DNA of 64,000 nt, from the NCBI GenBank assembly GCA_020743075.1, contig DYVS01000149.1, positions 8,159 to 72,158 of the forward strand, read 5' to 3'. Of the stretch, positions 1 to 10,777 are shown piece after piece; the stretch's first letter is position 1, and every line of letters starts with the position of its first letter. This stretch comes from Butyricimonas virosa. GTDB taxonomy: Bacteria; Bacteroidota; Bacteroidia; Bacteroidales; Marinifilaceae. A program made the translations under genes and the position numbers. The notes under the pieces were generated by a model that had not been told where the DNA came from, searched no databases, and saw only the letters and a list, made by a program, of their open reading frames with translations.

Positions 1-4
1 GTAG

Positions 5-1069
5 ATGGGCAATCAATTAATAGTCAGAATTATGGGGAATAGTAATTTTATCCCAGCATCGAATGTGTCGGAAAAATTTACAGGCGATGAATATCTTTCT
101 GATTTCTTAACCGAGAATTGTTTTTACCGACAAATGGTCGAGGATCTTAAAAAATGTAACGTGAATTTGGTTTCTGAAGATCCATTGGAAACGATCTATA
201 ATTGTATTTGCCATCTCAATAATCTTTTCCGGGTACTTCGTCGTCCATGGAATATCGAGTGTGGAAAAATACAAAAAGCTTGTACTTATTATGTTGCTAA
301 CGCTAAACAGTCAAAGCAAGAGAATGAGGCTGTTATTGATGCGTCAAATGGCTTTATATCTTCGATCTGTTATTTCACGGAATGGTATGATTTTATTTGT
401 CAGATGCAACAATTCCTTTGTCATCAGGAAAAAGAGCTGAAGCGGGTGTTTAAGAAACAGAAGCAAAAAGTTGTCAATAATGATAAACCTGTCATGGAAA
501 CTACGACTTATTGTATGACTGTGGGGGAAAGTGAAATCTATGGTATGACGTATGGGCAACTCGAAGAACTTTACAAGGCTGTCGGTTTATTCATCAAGCG
601 AGAAAAAGCTCCTTTTGACTGCAATATTAAAGGGTATAATAGATATCCGATTCGTATAGATAAGAGTATAAATTTTGATGTACGCAAGGAAGTGTTTTTT
701 GTAGACTATAGACTTGACTCGTTTGAATCTAGTTTGAATTGCATGTCTGCTGATCAACTGAAAAGGGTGGCGGATATTATTGCTGAATTTTTGAAAACGT
801 ATGGAGAGAATGGAGATCAGAAGGTTTGTTGGGATGTTGCGGATTATTCTCCTGTTCTGTCTGGTCGGGAAATTTATTTTAGAGTGAATGAAGATTTCCG
901 AACCACACATTTCATGACACCACCTTATGTTCGAAAGTGTATTGACAAGGTGGAAGATCGGAAAGTAGAGATCAGTTACAATATTAATGTGAACGAATTG
1001 GAATCAGTAAGTTTGTCTTTTGAGGAATTCATATCGTTGTATCGACAATTGGGGAGTTTTTTGAATTAG
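5..1069 (+). CDS. hypothetical protein (Cys-rich, no recognised domain)
   Basis: 354-aa ORF; ATG at 5 preceded by in-frame TAG; followed by a hairpin terminator. Confidence 0.5.
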   Translation: MGNQLIVRIMGNSNFIPASNVSEKFTGDEYLSDFLTENCFYRQMVEDLKKCNVNLVSEDPLETIYNCICHLNNLFRVLRRPWNIECGKIQKACTYYVANAKQSKQENEAVIDASNGFISSICYFTEWYDFICQMQQFLCHQEKELKRVFKKQKQKVVNNDKPVMETTTYCMTVGESEIYGMTYGQLEELYKAVGLFIKREKAPFDCNIKGYNRYPIRIDKSINFDVRKEVFFVDYRLDSFESSLNCMSADQLKRVADIIAEFLKTYGENGDQKVCWDVADYSPVLSGREIYFRVNEDFRTTHFMTPPYVRKCIDKVEDRKVEISYNINVNELESVSLSFEEFISLYRQLGSFLN

Positions 1070-1078
1070 TGCTTATAA

Positions 1079-1114
1079 AACGAGGGAGTCATTAAATATA
1101 ATCACTCCCTCGTT
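1079..1114. terminator. bidirectional hairpin between convergent genes
   Basis: AACGAGGGAGT-N14-ACTCCCTCGTT 11-bp stem between the stop of the 354-aa ORF and the stop of yidC. Confidence 0.55.
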
Positions 1115-1132
1115 AATGTTATTTGTAGTACC

Positions 1133-2983
1133 TTATTTCTTTTTCGGCATCTGTTTCATCCGTTGTTCTTGCATCCGCTGCATTTCTTCCAGTTTTTGTT
1201 GGAATTTGGATTTTTTCACGGGTTTCGTTTTGGCGAGTTCTATTTGTTTCAATAGTTTCTCGTCGTTCACGAATTTCCGGATAGCCCAAGTTTGAACAAT
1301 CGTGATCAACGTGGCGATGAAGTAGTAGTAACTCAAACCGGATGAATAGCTGTTGAAGATGAACAGGAACATGATCGGCATGATGTACATCATCGTCTGC
1401 ATTCCTTTCATCTGGTCATTCTGCGGTTGGTTCTTGCTATTGTACCACATATACAAGATGTTCGTGATTGTCATTAACAAACAGAACAGACTGACATGGT
1501 TTCCGTAGAACGGAATGGTGAAGGGGAGCGTGGCAATGGAATCGTATGATGCCAAGTCGGTAGCCCACAAGAAACTCTTCTGGCGCAATTCGATGGCTCC
1601 GGGGAAGAAGTAGAAGAGGGCGATCAATATAGGCATCTGCAAAAGCATCGGTAAACATCCTCCCATAGGGTTCACTCCTGCTTTCTTGTACAATTTCATG
1701 ACGGCTTGTTGGCGTTCCATGGCCTTATCAGCAGGGATTTTCTTGTTGATCTCGTCAATTTGCGGTTTCAAAACTCGCATCTTGGCCTGTGACATATACG
1801 ATTTGTAAGTCAGCGGGAAAAGAACAAGTTTAATGATCAGGGTCAATAGTAAAATGATGAGACCGTAGTTCAAGGTCACGTGCGATTCCAGGAAGTTGAA
1901 GATTGGAATTACGACGTAACGGTTAAACCAAGCGATCCATTTCCACCCCAAGTTAATCAACTGGGGAAGTTCAATATCTTTGCCGTATTCTCTTAGGACC
2001 GGATAGGAGTTCGGACCGAAAAAGAAACGCATATCGTATTTTTCAATGGCTTTTCCGGAGTAAGGTAATGAAATTTCGGCATCTGCCGTTTTCAAAAAGC
2101 CCGGGTTTGTGTTGTTGGCCGTGGAGACCAACACGTTCGGGAATGACTCTTTTGCGATAAGTACGGAGGAAAAGAATTGTTGTTTGTAAGCCACCCATTT
2201 CACGCTCGTTGGCAAGTCTACTTTCTCGTCTCCGGTCAGGGAAAGATGTTCTACATCATTATTTGAGAAGTTGTAGTATACCCCGGTATAACGGCTTTCA
2301 AAATCCCTACTTTTTTCAAGCTGAGGCATATCTACTCCCCAGTATAACGTGAGGAAGTTCGTGTTCGAGGCGATAACATCATTTAAATTGTACGTGTTGA
2401 TGTTGAAATCAACCATGTAAGAATCCGGAGCTAATTTGTACTCGAATTCGAGGTATTTATTTTCATCCACGTAAGCTCGCATCGTGAGTACTTGCTCAGC
2501 CCCCTCGGCATTCAGTTCTTTTTGATTCGTGTTGGGGACGAAAATCAAATCTGCCGTGTTGATTTGCTTGTTCCGGGCGTAAAAGTTCAAGCCCATGGAA
2601 CTCTTGTGGTCTTTCCACAGAATCAACGGGAGAGAATCATGTGTGCGGTATCCTTTTAGGTCAACATAGTCAATGCATCCCCCTTTGGTGTTGATGTGTA
2701 ATTTGATTTTGTTATTTTCTAGGGTGTATTGTTCTACCGGGAGTGAGTCCTGTTGGAAGATGGCCTCTGTTTCGGCTTGCTGTGTTTCTGTATTTTGTTG
2801 TTGTGCTGCAAAATCTGCCTGACGTTCTTTCTCCAATGCAGCGGCCCGTTGGGCTTCAACCCGTGCAATGGAGTCCCGGACATGCATGGCTTTCAGTTCC
2901 TCTTTGGAAGGACTCATGAAATAAGAGTAGCCGATTAGTATGAGTGCAATGACTACTAAACCGGTTATTGTATTTCTATCCAT
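1133..2983 (-). CDS. yidC: membrane protein insertase YidC
   Basis: 616 aa; N-terminal TM, long periplasmic domain, C-terminal 60-kDa insertase core (GVNPMGGCLPMLLQMPILIALFYFF), basic tail; adjacent to pyrG as usual in Bacteroidota. Confidence 0.9.
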   Translation of the reverse strand: MDRNTITGLVVIALILIGYSYFMSPSKEELKAMHVRDSIARVEAQRAAALEKERQADFAAQQQNTETQQAETEAIFQQDSLPVEQYTLENNKIKLHINTKGGCIDYVDLKGYRTHDSLPLILWKDHKSSMGLNFYARNKQINTADLIFVPNTNQKELNAEGAEQVLTMRAYVDENKYLEFEYKLAPDSYMVDFNINTYNLNDVIASNTNFLTLYWGVDMPQLEKSRDFESRYTGVYYNFSNNDVEHLSLTGDEKVDLPTSVKWVAYKQQFFSSVLIAKESFPNVLVSTANNTNPGFLKTADAEISLPYSGKAIEKYDMRFFFGPNSYPVLREYGKDIELPQLINLGWKWIAWFNRYVVIPIFNFLESHVTLNYGLIILLLTLIIKLVLFPLTYKSYMSQAKMRVLKPQIDEINKKIPADKAMERQQAVMKLYKKAGVNPMGGCLPMLLQMPILIALFYFFPGAIELRQKSFLWATDLASYDSIATLPFTIPFYGNHVSLFCLLMTITNILYMWYNSKNQPQNDQMKGMQTMMYIMPIMFLFIFNSYSSGLSYYYFIATLITIVQTWAIRKFVNDEKLLKQIELAKTKPVKKSKFQQKLEEMQRMQEQRMKQMPKKK

Positions 2984-3042
2984 ATTTTAATATTAGGTTT
3001 TTAATTTTTAACTGTTATCTTTTAGTTTTTATCTTTTAACTG

Positions 3043-4653
<1,611 letters not shown>

Positions 4654-4785
4654 TTATAGTTATTTCTATATTATACATCCAACGGTTTGAAAATACTTGA
4701 ACTTTTTGTTATTCAATGAATAACAATCAAATGGAACAAGTATGTTGAAACTTAACGACAAAAGTAAGAAAAAATATCATACAAA

Positions 4786-4815
4786 CATAAAAAGAGGCAT
4801 TTTTGAAATGCCTCT
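4786..4815 (-). terminator. rho-independent terminator after the DUF349 gene
   Basis: AGAGGCAT-loop-ATGCCTCT hairpin (4793-4815) followed by a T-run on the minus strand. Confidence 0.55.
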
Positions 4816-4837
4816 TTTTGTGTTTGATGGTCTCGAC

Positions 4838-6697
4838 TTAAATCATGCCATCGATGAGTCTCAGCTTTTCTTGCATTAATGCCAGTTTGTGGCGAGCGCT
4901 CTCGATCTTGTTGGAAAATTCTTTGACCAGGCTCTCGGAATTACTTGATTTGGAGAAGAATCCAATATTGTTTTCCCAAGCGTGAAGGTCTGTTTCCAGT
5001 TGCTTGATCTTGTTGACTAATTTTTCTCTTTCTTGAATGATCTTGCTGTCCTTGTCATCACTGTTGTCGAACGTGTTGATTTTGGACTTAAATCGTTCGA
5101 TATTTTTCTCGAATTCGTCGATGTCAAGCTGATCAAAGTGATCGTTGATTAGTTTACGGAATTCGTTTTGAACGGTTTCTTTTTCTTTGATCGGAACAAA
5201 TCCGATTTCTGCCCAGCGGGTTTGGAAGGCTTTCAAAGCCTCGATGTCATCATCGTTATTGCCGGTCAATTTGAAATTGCGTACTTCTTCAATCAGTTCT
5301 TGTTTCAGTTCAAGATTCTTTTCTTGATCGGAAGAGACGTGTTTGAATTGCGCTGATTTGCGGTCAAAGAAATGATCACAAGCAGACCGGAAACGGTTCC
5401 ATATCTTGTTGGATACTTTTTTGGATACGGGGCCGATTGTTTTCCATTCTTTTTGGTACTCGATGATTTTCTTCGTGGTCGTACCCCAATCCGTGCTATC
5501 CTTTAACGCCTCGACTTTTTCGCAAAGTTCTATTTTCTTGGTCAAGTTTTTATTCTGTAAGGTCTGTATTTCCTGGAAATATTGACGTTTCCTCTCGAAG
5601 AAGGCATCGCAAGCTGCCCGATAACGTTTATACAGGCGATTGCGCTCCTTGATCGGAATTGTTCCGGCATGTTTCCATTCGGTTTGTAGGGCAAGAACGC
5701 TATCCGTGGCCACGTTCCAATCGGAGAGTTTATCAAAAGAAACAGTGGCGTAATTTTCCAGTTTCACGCAAATCTCTTCTTTGATTTTCAAGTTGTTGTC
5801 CTGCTCTTCCCGGAGGTTATCGAAGAAACGATGGTAAGCGCTGTTGATCTTGTCCGTCACTTCTTTGAATCGGTTCCAGGTTTCTTCTTGAACTTCTTTG
5901 GCAACCGGTCCGATCTCTTTCCATTGCGAATGGAGAGATTGTAGTTGTCGAAAGGCATTTCCGATGTTATTGTCTTCGAGTAAAGCGTTGGCTTGTTCAA
6001 TCAAAGCATTTTTGGCATCTAGGTTTTTTTTCAGATCAAGATCCCGCAACTCCTTGTTTATTTTGATATAATTGAAGAAGTTCTCCACGTGATGGTGATA
6101 TGTTTCCAGTAAATCGTTTGCTTGAGCTTGCGGAACCATACCCGTGTTTCTCCATCTGTCTTGCAAATTTCTGAAATCCTGATATGTTTTGTTCAGTGAT
6201 TCCTCGTGTTGAATCAGATCTTTTAACTCCTCGATAATTTGGAGTTTTTCTTTCAAGTTCTGCTCTTTCTCTCCTTCCAGTTTTTTGTAATATTCTGATT
6301 TTTTCTCCCGGTAGGTTCTATACACGCTATAAAAGCGTTCCTTGGAATTGTCCTGATAGTCGAATGTCTCAGCCGGACTCCCGTCTTTGGTAAAATCGGC
6401 TAATGCTTTATCGTATTCTTTTTGGTACTGGGCCTCGAAAACTTGGGGTAGGGAATCCAGCACCTTCAGGCGTTGCACGGGGAAATCGTCAATTAAAGAC
6501 TTCATGTGAGAAATAATTTCGTCCGTGTTAAAACTGGAGAAATCCCATACCGGAACTTCCTTTTCGGGGGCTTTCTCTATCGGTGTAGGTTGACCCTGAA
6601 CTGAAACCTCATTTTGTGTTTCGTCATTTAAAGTATCCGGAGAAATTGGCTCGTTGTTATTCAACTCTTCGGCTTGTTGTAAGTTTTCTTGCTCCAT
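4838..6697 (-). CDS. DUF349 domain-containing protein
   Basis: 619 aa, coiled-coil rich, with repeated W-(K/R/A)-x-(I/T)-G-x-(V/I)-P units (WRNTGMVP, WKEIGPV, WKHAGTIP, WKTIGPV, WAEIGFVP) typical of DUF349. Confidence 0.75.
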   Translation of the reverse strand: MEQENLQQAEELNNNEPISPDTLNDETQNEVSVQGQPTPIEKAPEKEVPVWDFSSFNTDEIISHMKSLIDDFPVQRLKVLDSLPQVFEAQYQKEYDKALADFTKDGSPAETFDYQDNSKERFYSVYRTYREKKSEYYKKLEGEKEQNLKEKLQIIEELKDLIQHEESLNKTYQDFRNLQDRWRNTGMVPQAQANDLLETYHHHVENFFNYIKINKELRDLDLKKNLDAKNALIEQANALLEDNNIGNAFRQLQSLHSQWKEIGPVAKEVQEETWNRFKEVTDKINSAYHRFFDNLREEQDNNLKIKEEICVKLENYATVSFDKLSDWNVATDSVLALQTEWKHAGTIPIKERNRLYKRYRAACDAFFERKRQYFQEIQTLQNKNLTKKIELCEKVEALKDSTDWGTTTKKIIEYQKEWKTIGPVSKKVSNKIWNRFRSACDHFFDRKSAQFKHVSSDQEKNLELKQELIEEVRNFKLTGNNDDDIEALKAFQTRWAEIGFVPIKEKETVQNEFRKLINDHFDQLDIDEFEKNIERFKSKINTFDNSDDKDSKIIQEREKLVNKIKQLETDLHAWENNIGFFSKSSNSESLVKEFSNKIESARHKLALMQEKLRLIDGMI

Positions 6698-6817
6698 AAC
6701 TGTTCGTATTTTTACGCATTCAACTCACGAAATTAATGATTAATTCTGATAATGCCAATTTATAATGAGTAAAAAAAGCGAGAGAGAGTTCTTTTTGGAT
6801 TTCAATTGTAAAGCACG

Positions 6818-6825
6818 TATCTTTG
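6818..6825 (+). promoter_or_regulatory. Bacteroidota -7 promoter box (TAnnTTTG)
   Basis: TATCTTTG 13 nt upstream of the ATG at 6839. Confidence 0.45.
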
Positions 6826-6838
6826 ACATTTATAATTG

Positions 6839-7714
6839 ATGCTTATGTTTTCGTATATTCTATATGGTTTTATATGGTTGATCAGTTTTCTTCCGCTCCG
6901 GATTCTCTATCTGGTGGCGGATTTGAACTATTTGTTGCTTTATTACGTGGTCCATTATCGACGTGGGGTAGTGAGAACAAATTTATGTAATTCTTTCCCG
7001 GAGAAAAGTTTGCGGGAGATCAAGGTGATTGAACGGAAATATTACAAACATTTGGCTGATTTATCTATCGAATTGTATAAGTTGTGGCATATGTCCGAGG
7101 CATCAATCCGAAAACGTTGCGTGTTTAAGAACACGGAATTACCCCAGTCGTATTTTAACGAGGGAAGGAGCGTGATCGGGGTGTTGGGGCATTATGGTAA
7201 CTGGGAGTGGATGTCTTCTTATAGTTTGTGGGAAACGGGGGCGGATTTTCTGGCTTTGTATAAACCGATTCGTGATAAAGTGACGGATCGTATGATGAAA
7301 CAGATTCGTTCAAGGTTCGGGGCGGTACTCGTGGCAAAGGATGACACGTTAAGGGTTATCGCTCGTTACCGTTCGGAAAATCGTTTGTTTCTGGCTGGCT
7401 TTATCGGTGATCAGACTCCTAACGGACGTAATTTGAATTTCTGGATGCGCTTTTTAAATCAAGATACCCCGGTTTTGCTCGGTACGGAGCGGATTGCCCG
7501 GAAGTATAATATTCCGGTAGTTTCGGTGCGAATGCGTAAGGTGAAACGTGGGTATTACGAGGTCGAGTTCGTGGATGTGTGTGCTAACCCATCCGAGTTA
7601 CCCCAGGGGAAATTGACGGAAATGCATACTCGATTGTTGGAATCTTTTATACAAGAAGAGCCGGAGTTTTGGCTGTGGTCGCATAAAAGATGGAAGCATA
7701 AGAAGAAGTTTTGA
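6839..7714 (+). CDS. lipid A / lysophospholipid acyltransferase (LpxL/HtrB family)
   Basis: N-terminal TM, catalytic-type GHYGNWEW motif, about 290 aa, typical of lauroyl/myristoyl acyltransferases; ATG at 6839 preferred over TTG at 6836. Confidence 0.7.
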   Translation: MLMFSYILYGFIWLISFLPLRILYLVADLNYLLLYYVVHYRRGVVRTNLCNSFPEKSLREIKVIERKYYKHLADLSIELYKLWHMSEASIRKRCVFKNTELPQSYFNEGRSVIGVLGHYGNWEWMSSYSLWETGADFLALYKPIRDKVTDRMMKQIRSRFGAVLVAKDDTLRVIARYRSENRLFLAGFIGDQTPNGRNLNFWMRFLNQDTPVLLGTERIARKYNIPVVSVRMRKVKRGYYEVEFVDVCANPSELPQGKLTEMHTRLLESFIQEEPEFWLWSHKRWKHKKKF

Positions 7715-7804
7715 ATTTAAAATTTAGAATTTAGAATGAAATCAAAAAGCGGTGTCCTTGTGCGGCTGGAATTTAAAATCTAAAATCATAAATCTAAAAT
7801 TAGA

Positions 7805-8812
7805 ATGGCGAAGCGGGTAGCTATTATTATATTGAATTGGAACGGGGAGAAGTTGTTACGGGAGTTTTTGCCCTCGGTCGTGAAGAATACGAATGCTGAT
7901 TTGGGGCGTGTTGTTGTTGTGGATAACCATTCTACGGATGGTTCCTGGATATGTTTGGAACAAGAGTTTCCAGACGTGGAACGGGTGCTGTTCGAGGAGA
8001 ATTTCGGATTCGCTGGGGGTTATAACCGGGCGATCGAGATGATCGAGGTAGAATATGTGGTTCTTTTGAATAGTGACGTGGAGGTCGCTCCCGGTTGGTT
8101 GGAACCGTTGGTCGCCGTGTTGGACCGGGACGAGAAGGTTGCGGCCGTGCAGCCGAAGATATTAGCATATCGGGATAAAAACAAGTTTGAGTACGCCGGA
8201 GCGGCTGGGGGATACATTGATTATTTAGGATTTCCGTTTTGCCGTGGGCGTGTGATGGATACCACGGAACAGGATTATGGACAGTACGATGATGAGGTAG
8301 ATGTTTTTTGGGCAACGGGGGCCTCTCTATGTATTCGGCGGGACGTGTACCGTGTAGCCGGAGGGTTGGACGAGGCTTTTTTTGCGCACATGGAAGAGAT
8401 TGATCTTTGTTGGCGATTGAAAAATGGAGGGTATACTTTAAAGGTGGTTCCTTCTTCTGTCGTCTACCATTTGGGGGGAGGCTCATTGCCGATGAATCAT
8501 CCGAGAAAATTGTTTTTGAATTACCGGAATAATTTATTGATGTTGCATAAGAATCTGTGTGCTAAACAGCGTAAGAAAATCTTTTTTGCACGAGTTTTGC
8601 TGGACACGATGGCGGGAGGGCTTTTCCTATTGAAAGGTCAATGGTCCAACACCCGTTCGGTAATCCGGGCATACAAGGCTTTCCGGGAGATGAGAAAAGT
8701 CTATCCGGTTCCAGAACGTTCCGTGAGTCTTTCGGGAATATATCCCCGGAGTATCGTGTTGGATTATTTCTTGCGGGGTAAAAAGAAGTTCTCGGATTTA
8801 AATTTTAAATGA
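7805..8812 (+). CDS. family 2 glycosyltransferase
   Basis: 335 aa; VAIIILNWNG, VVVDNHSTDGS, LLNSDVEV, FWATGASLCIRR and EEIDLCWR motifs of GT2 rhamnosyltransferase-like enzymes. Confidence 0.8.
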   Translation: MAKRVAIIILNWNGEKLLREFLPSVVKNTNADLGRVVVVDNHSTDGSWICLEQEFPDVERVLFEENFGFAGGYNRAIEMIEVEYVVLLNSDVEVAPGWLEPLVAVLDRDEKVAAVQPKILAYRDKNKFEYAGAAGGYIDYLGFPFCRGRVMDTTEQDYGQYDDEVDVFWATGASLCIRRDVYRVAGGLDEAFFAHMEEIDLCWRLKNGGYTLKVVPSSVVYHLGGGSLPMNHPRKLFLNYRNNLLMLHKNLCAKQRKKIFFARVLLDTMAGGLFLLKGQWSNTRSVIRAYKAFREMRKVYPVPERSVSLSGIYPRSIVLDYFLRGKKKFSDLNFK

Positions 8813-8880
8813 TGGTAAATAAACCTTCGACATAAAATGTTGTCATAGGGATGTAGGCTTTAACGATATGATTAGAAAGC

Positions 8881-9450
8881 ATGAACGAGATAAGTGATGA
8901 AGATATTGTAAGAATGTTTCATTCCGGAAATGGAGAGGAAAAAGCTTTTCGGTTACTTGTAGGAAAGTATAGCGAGAGGCTTTACTGGCATATCCGTAAA
9001 ATCGTGATAGGGCATGAAGATAGCGACGATGTGTTGCAGAATACCTTTATCAAGATTTGGAAGGGGTTGAGGGAGTTTCGTTACGAGGCGAAATTATTTA
9101 CATGGATGTATCGGGTGGCGACGAATGAGGCGATTAATTTTTTGAGTGAAAAGCGTCGGAAGACTTATGGAAACTCGCAGGAGATTACTCCCATGTTGGA
9201 AAATCAGTTGGAAAGTGATAGTTTTTTCTGTGGGGATTCGATCCAGCGGGAATTGCAGAAAGCCGTGTTAAAATTGCCGGAGCGTCAACGTCTGGTATTT
9301 AATATGAAGTATTTTGATGACATGAAATATGAGGATATTGCCGAGGTGCTGGATGTCGCCGTGGGAACGCTGAAGGCAACTTATCACAATGCGGTAAAGA
9401 AAATAGAGGAAAGTTTGAAGATTTCGGATACTTTACCCTCGTTCGAATAG
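8881..9450 (+). CDS. ECF-type RNA polymerase sigma-70 factor
   Basis: 189 aa; region 2 (DVLQNTFIKIW...YRVATNEAINFL) and region 4 HTH (LPERQRLVFNMKYFDDMKYEDIAEVL). Confidence 0.85.
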   Translation: MNEISDEDIVRMFHSGNGEEKAFRLLVGKYSERLYWHIRKIVIGHEDSDDVLQNTFIKIWKGLREFRYEAKLFTWMYRVATNEAINFLSEKRRKTYGNSQEITPMLENQLESDSFFCGDSIQRELQKAVLKLPERQRLVFNMKYFDDMKYEDIAEVLDVAVGTLKATYHNAVKKIEESLKISDTLPSFE

Positions 9451-9477
9451 TTATTGGAAAATAGAAAATGGAAGGTT

Positions 9478-9864
9478 ATGGATAATTTGGATGAGAAATA
9501 TAAATCAAAGAACCCGTTCACGGTGCCTGATCGTTATTTTGACACGTTGGGCGATCGGGTGATGGACCGGATAAAGGATGAGGATGGGAAGACTCGGAAA
9601 ACAAGTTTGTTTCAGACGTTAAAACCTTATCTTGGTTTAGCAGGATTATTCGCTTTTGCAATGATCGTCGTGCAGTTGCTGGTTCCTAATCTGGTGGATG
9701 AAAATCGGATGCTGTTAAAGAATGGAGAGCAGGTGAACATGACGGCACAAGCAGAGGATGAGAATATTTTCGATGCGGATTTTAACCCATCTCGTGAAGA
9801 GATCATCGAGTATCTGTCACAAGAGACAGATCCGATTGAGTTTTTATATGCGGAGCGTAGGTAG
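9478..9864 (+). CDS. putative membrane anti-sigma factor
   Basis: Immediately follows the sigma gene; single central TM (LGLAGLFAFAMIVVQLLV); in-frame ATG at 9478 preferred over TTG at 9454. Confidence 0.5.
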   Translation: MDNLDEKYKSKNPFTVPDRYFDTLGDRVMDRIKDEDGKTRKTSLFQTLKPYLGLAGLFAFAMIVVQLLVPNLVDENRMLLKNGEQVNMTAQAEDENIFDADFNPSREEIIEYLSQETDPIEFLYAERR

Positions 9865-9887
9865 AATTGAATGTACAAGCAAGATAT

Positions 9888-10349
9888 ATGAAAAAGGTAA
9901 GTTTGATTATATTGATGGTGGGGTTTGGTTTTTCTTTATTTGCCCAAAGCGGGAAATTGAGTGAAGACAAACGGAAAGAGTTTGAGGCTCAAAAAGTAGC
10001 CTTTTTTACTCAAGAGATGGATTTGACCCCGGAAGAGGCCACTAAGTTCTGGCCTTTATATAACGAGATGCAGCAGAAAATTCGTGTCGAGAATGATAAA
10101 ATACGAGATTTAACCTGTCGGAAAGATAAAAAAGAGGTTCCGGAAGTGACGGAACAACAAGCTTTGAAGAATTTGGAGATCATGTTATCTGCCGAACAGG
10201 CTGTACGGGACATTAAGAAAGAATATATCGAGAAGTTGACCAAGGCTCTGTCCGCCAAGAAAGTGTGGATGATGATTGAGGCCGAGCAGAAATTCCATCA
10301 TCAATTGTGGAAGAAGATGGGGAAATATCCTGCACCCGCGCAGAAATAG
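9888..10349 (+). CDS. periplasmic Spy/CpxP-like protein
   Basis: Signal peptide MKKVSLIILMVGFGFSLFAQ, helical and charged; third gene of the sigma/anti-sigma operon, as in Bacteroidota. Confidence 0.5.
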   Translation: MKKVSLIILMVGFGFSLFAQSGKLSEDKRKEFEAQKVAFFTQEMDLTPEEATKFWPLYNEMQQKIRVENDKIRDLTCRKDKKEVPEVTEQQALKNLEIMLSAEQAVRDIKKEYIEKLTKALSAKKVWMMIEAEQKFHHQLWKKMGKYPAPAQK

Positions 10350-10452
10350 TTGATCGCATGGGGAAATTAGTGGCTGGACGTGAAAAAAAAGAAAAAAATC
10401 ACGTCAAAAGCTTGCAAGAACAATAAAAAGCACTACTTTTGTCAGCGCAATT

Positions 10453-10542
<90 letters not shown>

Positions 10543-10562
10543 CCAAGTTTGAAGCTCATTTT

Positions 10563-10636
10563 CGGGGCGTAGCGCAGTCCGGTAGCGCATCTGCTTTGGG
10601 AGCAGAGGGTCGCAGGTTCGAATCCTGTCACCCCGA
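10563..10636 (+). tRNA. tRNA-Pro (anticodon TGG)
   Basis: Acceptor CGGGGCG/CACCCCG (C1:G72, A73 as in bacterial tRNA-Pro), D-arm GCGC-AGTCCGGTA-GCGC, anticodon arm TCTGC-TTTGGGA-GCAGA, T-arm GCAGG-TTCGAAT-CCTGT; CCA not encoded. Confidence 0.9.
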
Positions 10637-10703
10637 CGGTTGAAAATCAAGGGGTTATCATAGAGAATGACTCCTTTTTTTGTATCCTAGAATATAATAT
10701 ACT

Positions 10704-10733
10704 CCCGTTTTTACCCGTTTTTACCCGTTTTTT
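10704..10733 (+). repeat. 3 x 10-bp tandem direct repeat (CCCGTTTTTA, CCCGTTTTTA, CCCGTTTTTT)
   Basis: Read directly between tRNA-Pro and the integrase start; candidate arm-type recombinase binding sites or part of the int promoter. Confidence 0.6.
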
Positions 10734-10777
10734 CGTACATTTGTTTGCAAATAGTTTGCAAAAAATTGGTGAGAAAT

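Noticed and set aside
7932-8486. A 184-aa minus-strand ORF antisense to the glycosyltransferase gene, and similar antisense ORFs at 43059-43673 and 45469-46053.
   Set aside because: Each lies fully inside a gene with clear family motifs on the other strand and has a Pro/Arg/Ser-rich composition typical of antisense frames.
10704-10733. A possible CRISPR-like or other repeat array.
   Set aside because: It is only three contiguous 10-bp units with no spacers. No CRISPR array or cas genes occur anywhere in the window.
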